Source of the DNA: Amphiscolops sp. MND2022
Lineage: Eukaryota
Length of the DNA: 64,000 nt
Assembly: GCA_964187785.1 (NCBI GenBank)
Contig: OZ076409.1
Coordinates: forward strand, 53,260,001-53,324,000
Reading direction: 5' to 3'
The notes beneath the pieces were generated by a model. That model saw only the letters and a program-made list of their open reading frames with translations, ran no database searches and was not told the DNA's origin. A program made the position numbers and the translations under genes. The first letter of the stretch is position 1. Every line of letters starts with the position of its first letter. Below are positions 1 to 11,072 of this stretch, piece by piece.

Positions 1-539
1 TCGCTTATAACACACACTTCAGAATAACGTACTTGAGCGTTTTCTCCCAACGAGGTGTGTAATACTGAAGTTAAACTGTATCAAAAAAATACTTGTCATG
101 ATTCTCATTATGAAATATAAAAGCAATCTACAAGATTCAATGGACTTATTCAGAAAAGATTTCTAGCCAATCACAACAACGGACCAATGAGAGAAAGCCA
201 ACCCAACTATGAGCAGCAGAATAAGCAGATAAAACTACGCAACACACAACTGAGAAAACTCTTAAAGAGAACGGATAAATAGCACTCTATTACCACTTGA
301 AAAATGCTTCTATCTACTTTGAACCTCTTATAATCATTTCGCCTTCATTCTATAAAACAATTCATTCTTCAACAATCTCTTTTCTCTGAGTTATTGAAAT
401 AAAGATTACAAGTGACCCCTACTGAACATCCAATAATAATGAGTACAAATATGATTAAATTTTCTACAAATTCAACAATAAAATTGGCCTTTTTGGCTGC
501 TCGACGCCATAGTATGACATTATTGTATATATTTATTGA

Positions 540-930
540 GAATTTTGAGACAAAAAATAAGAACTTTGAAATTGTCTCATGGTTTCAAAAATGTAAAAGG
601 GGACCCTTTGGGCTTTTTCAACATCCAATTTGCTGAAAATATCAAAAAAAATTGAAAGAGGGGGCCCTTTGGAGACATTTTCGAAAAAAGTTTGTGCCAA
701 AAAAAATCGAAAGGGGGATCCTTTAGTCTCGTCTGATTTTGTAATTTACGTTAAAAAAGGAAAAATGAAAGGCGGAAACTTTACAAAAACTTAGATACGT
801 TTCCGAGGTAATCGTTTATTTGAACAAACTGAACAAGAATTTCGTCACAATCGAGTCTGTCATGAAAAAAAAAGAGAAAAAACCAGTGACTACAATAGTC
901 GGGCTCTTTTGTTTTAAAAGCACAGACTAA
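540..930 (+). mobile_element. Dispersed non-autonomous repeat, Helentron/HINE-like
   Basis: The motif 'gaaaggggg(a/g)..ctttagtctcgtc.g.ttttgta' recurs at ~9100, 10560, 13200, 18640 (minus) and 40120 (plus). It ends in an imperfect hairpin tagtc...gacta followed by an A-run. The class assignment is inference. Confidence 0.55.
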
Positions 931-2056
931 TAAAAATAGGGTGAAAGTTTATATCTGGATCCTAAACTGTCACGCTAAATTGAAATTTAGAATCGAAGGT
1001 TTGTGGTTTGGTTTTAGATCTTTTTCTCATATTTTGCAAATGGTGGTGTGGGGAATAGAAAAGAACCGCCAAATCGAATCTTCGAGTATTTTTGAGATAG
1101 TTTAAAATACTTCAAAATGAGATTTGAATCTTTAGAGCTTGCGAATTTTTTCTGGTTTTCCGAAGAGGAAATATCACAAAGTCAACTGTTTGTTTGAAAG
1201 ACTTTCAATTCGTGACTGAAACTAAGAGTGCTGACGTTGAAGTTGATGGGATAACTCAAAAATATGGCACTCATCTTCATTCGGTATCATAATGACGTCC
1301 ACTTGTTTTACTGCTCAGAAACAAGTAGTGTGTGCATAAATAATAATGTGTTATTTAGAATGCTTCAGAACTATCAGCTATCAAAAAACAATCAATTCAT
1401 TAGTTGAACTGAAACTAACCAAGTGAAAACTACGGTAGTGAAATTTTTCAAAGTTATTTTTGGAAGGCCACCATTGAGTACCGAAAATTACAGTACGTTG
1501 ATCATAAATTTACAACTTTCAGTGAAGTGATTGGTTTCAGTCCAGTATATTTTTTTTCAAACTCATTGTTCACTCTAAATTTCGAGTATACAAACGTTCT
1601 GAAGATCCATCATATGAGATTTTTAACAATCGTGCAAATTATCACTCAGCCAAGCCGAAGCAACAAACAACCAGGTTTTCTTAGTTTGACTTTCTCCATT
1701 TTAAAAACAACCGACTTGCAGCATCGTTCCAATTCAAAATTCATTCAAGTTCTTAAGTCAATGTGTGCCGGATGCGTGAAGGAAAATATACACAAGCTTT
1801 ACTTGTCATTTCGATTGAACGTTTGTATTCCAGCATTTATTGTGAAAAAAATACCATTTTCATAGGAAGTTTTCTAGTAGCCCGGTCTTATCTTGAGTCG
1901 CTATAAAGGCTTCCTTGGCTTCAGTTACTGAATGAGCAGCCTAAACATCAGAGATCTCATATCAAACTTGACAAACTGATTATCATATTTTTTGCAGCAT
2001 TTTTCACTGTTTTACAATTTTGCATTAAATGTTCTAGTTGTTATATTTTGTTCTAG

Positions 2057-3112
2057 ATGGACATGTTCAATAACTTATACTCAAAGATTCGCGGCTCAGG
2101 GACCCAGACTGTTCAAATTGACAACCCGCCAAGACTTCCAACTTTGCGTCTGGTGCTGACATCTCCGGATCAATCATCAAGCCAAGCAAGTTCAAATAAT
2201 CATTCTTTACAAACAGCCGTTAACTTCTTGAGCGAAGCTGAGAAGGCTGAAATTCTGCAAAATCTGAATAAAAGAGGTCATTTGACAGAAGAGGAAATGA
2301 ACTTTTTAAATACACGGATGGAAGAGTCGTTGCAGCGGACTATGAGCAGTTTTATTGAAGAGATTTTGAAGCTGCTAGAAATTAAAGCCGAAGATTCTTC
2401 CGAAACAGCTGCGATGAAAGAAAAACTTCTCAGAGAGGTCTACAACGGTTTGAAGCAGCTTTTCAGATGGGTCCTAGCCAATTTGGAAAAGATAATGGAA
2501 ATCGAGAACCCTAAATTAAGAAACCAATCAATTAAAAAACTTTTTGAAAAAATGGAAGGTTCGCTTTCGGATTGCATTGGATCTGGGAGTATGCCAGAGA
2601 CAAGTTTTCAACCAGGAAAGCACAAAAGAAAAGACGGGATGTACAAGACTTCAAGTGATACGGCAGAACACAAATCTCAAGTTGAGCCAGGTCCTAATGA
2701 ACATCTTGCTGGCAAGACGACTAATTCTCCAACCGAAGAGTCGACTTCTGAAAGCAACTCAGTGCCTCCAGGAAAGCAGAAGAGAAATGAAGAGATGTAC
2801 AAAAACTCGAGAGACACAATTGATCATAAATATCAATTTGCACCAACAGCAAGTAAAAATTTTACTGGCAAGGCGACTGATCCTCCAACTGAAGAGTCAA
2901 CTTCTGAAAACAATTCAGCAGCAAGTGAAAGCTTTGCTGGCAAGATGGCTGACTCTGCTCCAGGGCCGACTACTGAAGAGCCGACTTCTGAACTTAACAC
3001 AGAACTCTCTGCGGCTCCAGAGCCGTCTAAGATTTGTCACGATAAGCAAATGGAAGAAGCTTCACCGAAGCATGAAGCAAAGGAAAGCACTATTAAAACT
3101 ACCGTAGTTTAA
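2057..3112 (+). CDS. Uncharacterised protein: helical N-terminal domain plus S/T/E/P-rich repetitive C-terminal tail
   Basis: 351-aa ORF in AT-rich DNA. The ATG directly follows an acceptor-like 'ttttgttctag'. There is an in-frame 156-nt internal repeat, and the helical part resembles the neighbouring ORF. Confidence 0.7.
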   Translation: MDMFNNLYSKIRGSGTQTVQIDNPPRLPTLRLVLTSPDQSSSQASSNNHSLQTAVNFLSEAEKAEILQNLNKRGHLTEEEMNFLNTRMEESLQRTMSSFIEEILKLLEIKAEDSSETAAMKEKLLREVYNGLKQLFRWVLANLEKIMEIENPKLRNQSIKKLFEKMEGSLSDCIGSGSMPETSFQPGKHKRKDGMYKTSSDTAEHKSQVEPGPNEHLAGKTTNSPTEESTSESNSVPPGKQKRNEEMYKNSRDTIDHKYQFAPTASKNFTGKATDPPTEESTSENNSAASESFAGKMADSAPGPTTEEPTSELNTELSAAPEPSKICHDKQMEEASPKHEAKESTIKTTVV

Positions 3113-3971
3113 TCAGCTCAGTTCAATCTGAGCCGCATGATGCATCCTTCTTGCAATCACCACGAAGCTCAGAAAACCTACTGAAAAATTCAATGCTTTG
3201 CATCTGTCCCTGTTTAAGCATTGGGATGACTCCAGCTAACTAAAAGTCTGCTAATCTATTTCCTTGCCTTTGCTTCACTCACTAATTGCAAAATACTCCA
3301 ATAGCTAAGCAAAAATCATATATTTCCAAAAAGAGCCGACAAACAAATTGGGCACATCGCATCAATTTTTTTACTGCAGTCTTATGAAAATTCGTTTCAA
3401 ATTTTCAGCTATTTCAAATTGAAAAAAAAACGAATCCTTTGTGAAATGGCATGGTCAAGCTTATATACAGAATTCATTAGAGAAAGGGGAAATCGTATTT
3501 AGACGGTTTTGAGTTTAAGAAAGTGGGATAGATTTGTATCAGAAGTTGAATTGTTGAAACTCGCATTGCTTAAACTTCCATGAACAATGTTATAATTTGC
3601 TAACACGCTTTGTAAAACACATGTTTTAAAATTATTTTTTTTTCACAAGAGTTTTACCCAAAGCAATTGATGTAGTTCACGCTATACTCAGTCAATGATG
3701 TTATATTTGCCCTGACCTTGGCAAAGTTCTTTTGATTTTGTTTCCATTCGTGAATTTTGTTTTCATCTCATAAGTTTCATGTTTTTACTACTCAGAAGTG
3801 ATGCATTACGTCGAAGATGAAATTTTTGCGTATCCAGATCAAATGTGAAAAAGGCGCCTTGAAATAAAGATTTTTCACTCTGCAAGTGCCATTAATTACA
3901 ACTTGACATTTGTACCTCAGTGTGAAACTGTTTTAGTTTTTGATTCGTCTCTGTGTTCCATTTCAGTCGAA

Positions 3972-4511
3972 ATGCATCAGCTGTTGGATACCCTCGAAGC
4001 AAATGGTCTGACAAAGGAGCAAAAAGAGATTCTGGCATCTATGTTAAAATTCGAAATATACGTTCAGCAAGTCCCAGACAAAATATTTCATACCGAAGAT
4101 GATGCCATGTTGTCTGAAATAACAAACTATGGAGGCAGTTCAACAAGCTCTTGTGTCTCAACTGTTTCTTCCTCCTATGACTTTCAGTCCACCGATGATG
4201 CAAGGATCGATCCAGATTACAAGAAGCGATACGAAATGTTACGAAAAGGGCTGCTATCGGAGGCTCATGAATTCGCTCACAGCGCGGCTAATGTACTCCG
4301 TATCAGGCCTGGCGATACACCAAGTAAAATTGAAGCCAAACTGGATGTTATGGAACGAATTCAACGGTGGATGAAAAGCTTGCGTCAAACGATGATAGAA
4401 GCAATTAAAACTGCATTGGAATGGGTGAAAAACAAGGTTGTCGACGCCACCAAGAAAGTCAAAGAAATTTTCAACAAAATTTTCAGGAAATTTTTCACTG
4501 ATGACTCATGA
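3972..4511 (+). CDS. Uncharacterised helical protein, probable paralog of 2057..3112
   Basis: Open frame 3903-4511; first ATG at 3972 lies just after acceptor-like 'tttcag'. The C-terminus is amphipathic (ALEWVKNKVVDATKKVKEIFNKIFRKFF). Confidence 0.65.
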   Translation: MHQLLDTLEANGLTKEQKEILASMLKFEIYVQQVPDKIFHTEDDAMLSEITNYGGSSTSSCVSTVSSSYDFQSTDDARIDPDYKKRYEMLRKGLLSEAHEFAHSAANVLRIRPGDTPSKIEAKLDVMERIQRWMKSLRQTMIEAIKTALEWVKNKVVDATKKVKEIFNKIFRKFFTDDS

Positions 4512-5517
4512 TGCCTAACAGAGAACAGCTCATTCAACTGCGAGATTTTATTTACACATATCTTACGCGGTACCTGAAGAATTTCTTCAAAAAAGCTCTT
4601 CATGTTTATCATGCAAAACGACATAGCAAGTTTTTTTACAATCAAAAATGACACACTGAAACTGATTAGAACTGATTGTAATTTAAATTCTTAGAAAATC
4701 ATTGATTTCGGCAACAAGATTGAGTTAGTTCATTTGGACTCCAACATACAGCAGCAGTCATCAATGGAAAACTATTAAAATGCCATTTTTTCAATATTAT
4801 CACTCTTCATTCTCGTTTTGATACAGAACAGCAGGAAATCTTGATAATAATATTGACACTTAGTTCCAACATCCACAATTGATTCTAAGTTTTCAAAAAC
4901 TGTATTACTGAATCTATAAAAACCTTCTTGGAAACCTACTTACGATTGATTGGTATACGGGCAATTCTTTTTTACCAAAAACGAATAAGTTGAAAATTTT
5001 TAACTGGGCTTTAAAAGGTATAAAAACAAACGAAAAAAATTGATTGAAAATGTCGATATACAATTTTCGAATTGGAGGGCAATAGAGAAAAGTTGAGTCG
5101 AGAATGTTGTAAGTTATTCGAGGTAATCTAACTAGAGCACCATAGACGAACTTCGTTTTCAAAATTTTTTTTTCGCTTCCGAAAAATGTGTTTGTTGAAA
5201 CAAACCATTTTTAGAGTCATTTTAGCGTTATCGCCACTTCATAAAATACAAACCCATTTATTTTTTGAACGCGTGAAAACGACCAGCAAACTTCTACAAG
5301 CCTTAAACTAACGAAGATCAAAATGTTTCAAAGGGTCCGCTCTTGGTTTTTTAAGCAGAGTTTTATGAAATAAAACACGACTGTTATAGTGACTTTTAGT
5401 TGTGTTTTTTTAATTCGGTCGAAGTGAACGTTTTCATGCCAAATGCAAAAATCCAAAATTCTATTAAAAATTCTACAAAGTTGGGGCAAATTGACCGAAA
5501 GGGTCTCCTTATACCCT

Positions 5518-8500
5518 TGTCGAGCCCTACCGTGTGGGCCGGCTTTGAAGGACCATTCGAAGTTGATGGTCGACTTTCACTCTCTGTCTTATTTATAACG
5601 GCCATCATTAAGTCCTTCAGTTGACTAAACTCATTTTGTAACTCGTTTATTTTCCTTTCGTAACTTTCTCTTATTTCAGACAACTGAGAAGAGATGTCAG
5701 AAGTTTCGTTGCTATCGGAGTCATTGGCAGATGACTGGGCCATGTCTGGATTAGTTGGAATAGATGTTTCAGACGAGGAACTAATGATTTTACCACTTCT
5801 GAGCTCAGTACCTTGTTCTAGATTCATATAGACGAGGGAAAAGGATTATGAGTGAAGACTGGATTATCTGAGGTGTTATTGCGATGTATTCTTGCTGTTC
5901 TATTCGATTTGTAATCTCTAATTCACTAAATTTGAACAGAGATGTTTTAACGATGATCAGTATAAATAAGCAAGTCGTAAGGAAAGTAGTAGGAAATTAG
6001 CAAGGTGAATAGGAAAGTTCATCCAATTTTCATCGCAGTTGCAGATGTACCTGAGAAAGTAGTTAGCTTGCGATTTTGCAGTTTCAGTGATGAAATAGAG
6101 ATGTATTTTCTGGTGAAGTTCGACGTTAAGTATCCAACTGGATGGTAGCTATTCGCAATTCGGTCTCAGTAATGTTTTATGGCGGTCCAATTTACAGCAG
6201 TTCACGTGTCTTTTCAGGCTGGTAAGACGCTAAATCTCTTACCAGCCGCCTCTTATTGGCTATTGCCAGTTGGTGCTAATTGGTAAGTCACGTGACCGGT
6301 GTTGTGAACTGCCGCAAGTTGGCTGAACCACATGGTACATCTACATATGCTAATTATGATTAATCATCATTTTACAATGTCGTAATTACCTGCACGCAGC
6401 ATCATGGTTTCTATAGCAACTCAAATCATTCAAAAATGTACTAATTTCAAGCCAAACCAGAGTAAACTGTATCACAGGATGAGAAAACGATGTTTTCCAA
6501 CTAATTCTAGCACTAAAATCAATACTTCAAAACTAAAGATGGGAACGCGATGAATTTGTCAGAATGTTTGTTGATTTTCAAGTCTAGTTTAGCTCTGGAT
6601 GAAAATGCGATGAATGGTGGTCTTTTCGCTCGAAAATCAACACTATACAAACTGACGATGATAAAAGGATGAACTCCCCATAAAATTTGCCAATTTCCAG
6701 CACTGATTAAAATGACGATGAATTCAGGATGAATCCACTCAGAAAATGCTATTTCTAGCGCATGGTCAGTTTTGGCGATGAATTTAAGATGAACTCGTGA
6801 ATAAAACAGCAAGTCTCGAAATAATTCAAACTAGCGATGAGTTTAGGATGAACTCGTGAATTAAAACAGCAACTATCGAAGCAATTCAAACTAGCGATGA
6901 GTTTAGGATGAACTCTTCCACTAAAATGGTAATTCTCAACACAAGGTGAAATCATGATGAATTAATGATGGATTTACTAAACAAATCAGATAACCAGCGC
7001 AATCACTCTTTTTTAGGATGGGTTAAGGATGTACTTTCTCATTTCTCTTCTATGCTAGTATGACGATGAATAAAGGATGTTTTACTGTCCTTAAGAAATG
7101 AGAAGCACATTTGTGAGTTTCTACATGAAATATAACGATGAATTAGTGATGAGTTTTACTAAAATGAGTCCCGTAAAACCCGCTGATGGATTTATAACGA
7201 AAAGTAAAGTTTATTGTCCCATGCGTGGTTCATTCGCAGTCTCGGAGATGGGATTGCGATGAACTTTGTTAACAGCACCAGTAAATCCGCTGATGGATTT
7301 AAATGAAATCAAATCAGAACCATCACTAAATTAGACGATGAATTTGTGATGTATCTGTGATGAAATTTGTCACAACTACAAACTCTGAGGCGGGGAGCTA
7401 GTAGAAGTTATAACTTTCATCGTTTCTATATCTCACGGTCCAGTCTGACCGGAAAACTTCTCTCCCTTGTCGTGACAAACCAATATTTAAGAAAAGTAGC
7501 ACATCTAAGGCTAATGGCAAGATCATTTATGCGGACACCGGAACTAGAGCGCTCAGTATTAAGTAGATATATATAACTCACACTCAAAGGGGGGAAGGGA
7601 TTACGGTACAAGTAACGTAGGGTTGCTCACAACCATGGCTCTTATTATATGACTTCATATTGCCCATATCTAAGTACATAAGACATAATATTTACATTAC
7701 AGATAATTAGTAGATTATATTTCCATCATGCTGGCATGACACTCCCGGGGGTGGGGTTTGGACTGAGAGTGCAGGGGCCAAATGTGCAGAGGATGGTTGT
7801 CTCGGCGTTGGCTTCGACTGTTTCCTTCGTTTTGTTGGGGAGAAAATGTCCTTCGTTGGTTCTGAATTGGCATGTCCTTCGTTTGTTCTGTCCTGTGAAA
7901 TCTTCTCTGAGAAGAGGACCTTTGGTAATCGTCATTTCTGGCATCATCCTGGGTGATTTCGGTTAAAATTTTCCGACGCGGCAACTCTAATTCTTGGCCC
8001 ATCGAATGTCCGCTGATCTGCATTTTATTGGTCGTCATGCTTTTGACGGGAGCTCGGTTTGTTGGTTATTTCGGTAGAAATCTCGATTTCTTGGAGAAAA
8101 GTTTTCCCCCAGGCCGCCTACGCTGAGTAAACATTCAAGGCATCTTCATTGACAAATTCGCGGTGAGCTGTCGCCGCTGTTCGTTTAATTGCAAATTCTC
8201 GGGATGAATGAACGATGAATTGTTTGCTCAGCGAGACATCTATGCTGGTTTAGCGGAACGGCTGGCGCCGCTGCTTTGTTTACTCGCGATGGAAAGGAGA
8301 TGAATCGTCGCCATAGCAACTGTCAAAATTACTTCCGCTGCTCGACTTTGAGCGATGAGAAAGAGATGAATTCGTCGCCATAGCAATTGTTGCTCGATCT
8401 GATTGGCTGAGACTGAATTTATAACTGAAGGAAATTACAACCGATTGTCAGCAGCATTCTCATCCATAAATCATCCTCCATTCAAGTCGGTTTGAAAATC

Positions 8501-8890
8501 GCCACGATTTCCTTTGCGCGTTTCCGCTCAACTTCGTCGGTATTGATCTGAGACTGGCAGCTGTCAACAAATCAAATACTTGAAGTTTTTTGTCAAGTCC
8601 TAGGAGAGGACGATCCATTTTCAGAGAAAGCTTGAGTTGGTTGTACTGGGAAGAAAAGTGATGTCAGTATTTGAAATCGGAGAGTTTTCATCGATTTTTC
8701 ATCTTCTGGATTCAAGTATTTGATTAACATGGCATTCAAGCTGCGTCGCGCTCTTTGAAATCTTCTATTGAATTTGTTCTTCCGTAATCATGGTTGATCA
8801 GGCCATTTAATTACTGATCAAATTCTCTGTTCCTGAATTCTTCGATTTCTTTCCTTCTTTCACCTTTTTCCATTCTTTTCAGATTATTGC
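5518..8890 (-). mobile_element. Probable LTR-retrotransposon 5' portion or long LTR with truncated gag-like N-terminus (ORF 5827->~5518)
   Basis: The ORF begins MNLEQGTELRSGK followed by a coiled coil (LRSGK-type starts are common in Gypsy Gag). It reads into unrelated sequence after '...ctcgaca' at 5518. No pol, TSD or second LTR seen, and the right boundary is uncertain. Confidence 0.4.
6775..6915. repeat. ~60-bp tandem repeat (2.3 copies) inside a GATGAA-rich tract
   Basis: 'gcgatga.ttta.gatgaactcgtgaat..aaacagcaa...tcgaa..aattcaaacta' is repeated. Confidence 0.85.
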
Positions 8891-9584
8891 TTGCAATTCT
8901 CGTTCGCATTCAAAATGTCAGAGATTCACTCAGTTCATTCATTACCTGAGACCGAGGTCACAGAAAGTAAGTGCACTATATTTCCTTTTCTTCACAAACG
9001 GGTTTGGGACAATCAAAATAGTTCTCCAAGTTCTACAAAATTTGAAGACGCCATTTGGCCCAGGGAACTGAACTACATTAGTTGTTCCTTGTTTTTGGCG
9101 TAACATACAAAACCGGACGAGACTGAAGGGTCCCCTTTCGATTTTTCTGATAAATTGCAACAGAATGGATGGTTAAAAATCCCTAAGGGTCCTTATTTTT
9201 AGCGAGCCAGTTCAGCCCCTATCTGAATCGTTCAAATCCCGCTTCAAAAGACTCAACATAAGGATAATGACAAGTGTGCTAAAGATCAATTGGTGTGATA
9301 GAGGTAATTCCTACGTTGGTTTTTCGGGTTCTGTGGAAGAGAAGGCTTGACGCTTTGAAGTCCTTTTGCTATTTTTGAGCCTCAAGTAGAGCGCCGACTT
9401 TTGCCGTTCTCGGCTTGTTTCAATCTTTAATCTTCCCATTTCAATTTTAGCCGAACAGCATTTCTATTCTCAATACTTCATCATACATTATTGATTTCAA
9501 TGTTTTTCGGTTTTCTCCAATCGTTTCCTTTCTCCCCAAAGGTTTTTATTGAAACCCTCGTGTATTTTAAACATCTTTTAATAT

Positions 9585-9688
9585 AAACAAGACAACCGCT
9601 AAGCACCGGGATATTATCCGCTGAAAATCTAACGCATCAGCACCTCGTATCTGCCAGGCAGACGCACTACCAACTGTGCCATGGTCAC
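9585..9688 (-). mobile_element. Second copy of the tRNA-like SINE, with B box deleted
   Basis: Matches 10955-11072 but lacks 'gtgttcgaacccacgac'. Confidence 0.65.
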
Positions 9689-10954
9689 GAATTTACTAAC
9701 TAAATGGAGTAACAAGTTCGAATACAGCCAAATGGCAACTGACGGTTTCGAAAAAAGGTTTTCAATAGGTCAAAGGGTACCCAGGGAACTGAAAGAATCA
9801 TCTCAGGAAAAAGCGTTTTTCGGCACTGAGACTTCCGGAAAATCTTCGGTTGTTAGAAATTGGCTTTTCGATCTTTCGAGTTTAGACCCGTCATGGAAAA
9901 GGCTAGTGTCAAACCAAAAACAATTATTGCGCGATTATTGCCCAATTTTTTTAAAAATCTAAGTTTGACAATTTATCAGGGATTTCATCAGCCTCTTTGT
10001 TCCTCACCTCACAGTTTCTACATTCCAAAAAGGCCTGTTTGAGAGCAAGAACACCTCGGGCTGCAGATTGGTTTGCAACAATTTTTTCCGATAATCTGTC
10101 AACTCGTATTTCTCATTGGCCAGTACCTACTGAGAATTCTTCGCATACACGTACGCTAAACCAAGAACAAGTTTTACTGCAAAGAGTGCATTCAAAAGCA
10201 TGCTTCCTGTGAAGCATTAACGCAGTTTTTGAAATGGAGGGTTTTCAAGTTTTTCTTTCTATGCAATGGAACTGAAATCCAGAACAGCTAACCAGATTCG
10301 TTAAGCTACGTTTATGGTGTAACTCCATCGATAATCATACTTGAGAAGATTCAAAAAAGCATGAAACTTTTGACATTGGTCATTTTATGGCTCTTGATTG
10401 GGCAAATGCCTAATTTTTAAAAAGTACCGTCAACTTCTCATTTCGAGAAAACGCCAAGAGACAATTAGTAAGTCTTCGATCGCTATGGTTAAGAATACCA
10501 ACCAAAAAGTTCGATTTTTTTTCAAAAAGTATAATAGTTGTTCCTTGTTTTTGGCGTAACATACAAAACCGGACGAGACTGAAGGGTCCCCTTTCAATTT
10601 TTCTGATAATTTACAACAGAATGGATGGTTAAAAATCCCTACGGGGCCTTGCTTTTAGCGTGCCAGTTCAGCCCATTCTTTGTTTTCCGGGTTCTGTGGA
10701 AGAGAAGGCTTGACGCTTTGAAGTCCTTTTGCTGCAATTTTTGAGCCTCATGTGGAGCGCCGACTTATACCGTTCCCGGCTTGTTTCAGCCTTTATATTT
10801 CCCCATTTTAATTTTAGCCAAACAGTGGTTCTATTCTCAATACTTCATCATGCGTTATTGATTTCAATGTTTTTAGGTTTTCTCCAATGGTTTTCTTCAT
10901 CCCCAAAGGTTTTTATTGAAGCCTTCGTGTATTTTAAACATCTTTTAATATAAA

Positions 10955-11072
10955 CAAGACGCCCGCTAAGCACCGGGATATTGTCCGCTGAAAATCTAAC
11001 GCATCAGCACGTGTTCGAACCCACGACCTCGTATCTGCCAGGCAGACGCACTACCAACTGTGCCATGGTCAC
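10955..11072 (-). mobile_element. tRNA-derived SINE-like element
   Basis: Minus strand has A box TGGCACAGTTGG and B box GGTTCGAAC at tRNA spacing, but no canonical anticodon loop or acceptor stem. A second copy lies at 9585-9688. Confidence 0.7.

Noticed and set aside
1..410. Possible decayed LINE 3' end
   Set aside because: No recognisable motif could be read with confidence.
1902..1926. TATA box (tataaag) plus Inr-like tcagtt upstream of the first gene
   Set aside because: Spacing is ~21 nt rather than ~30, and such motifs are common in AT-rich DNA.
2544..3107. 187-aa overlapping ORF
   Set aside because: Alternative frame of the repetitive 2057..3112 CDS, with a non-ATG start and no independent signal.
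7368..7477. Small solo LTR (tgtcac...gtgaca)
   Set aside because: No target-site duplication (aaatt versus aacca) and no second copy in the window.
10999..11072. Possible tRNA gene
   Set aside because: A and B boxes are present, but there is no canonical 7-nt anticodon loop with U33 or paired acceptor stem, and it is embedded in a repeat. Treated as a SINE head.
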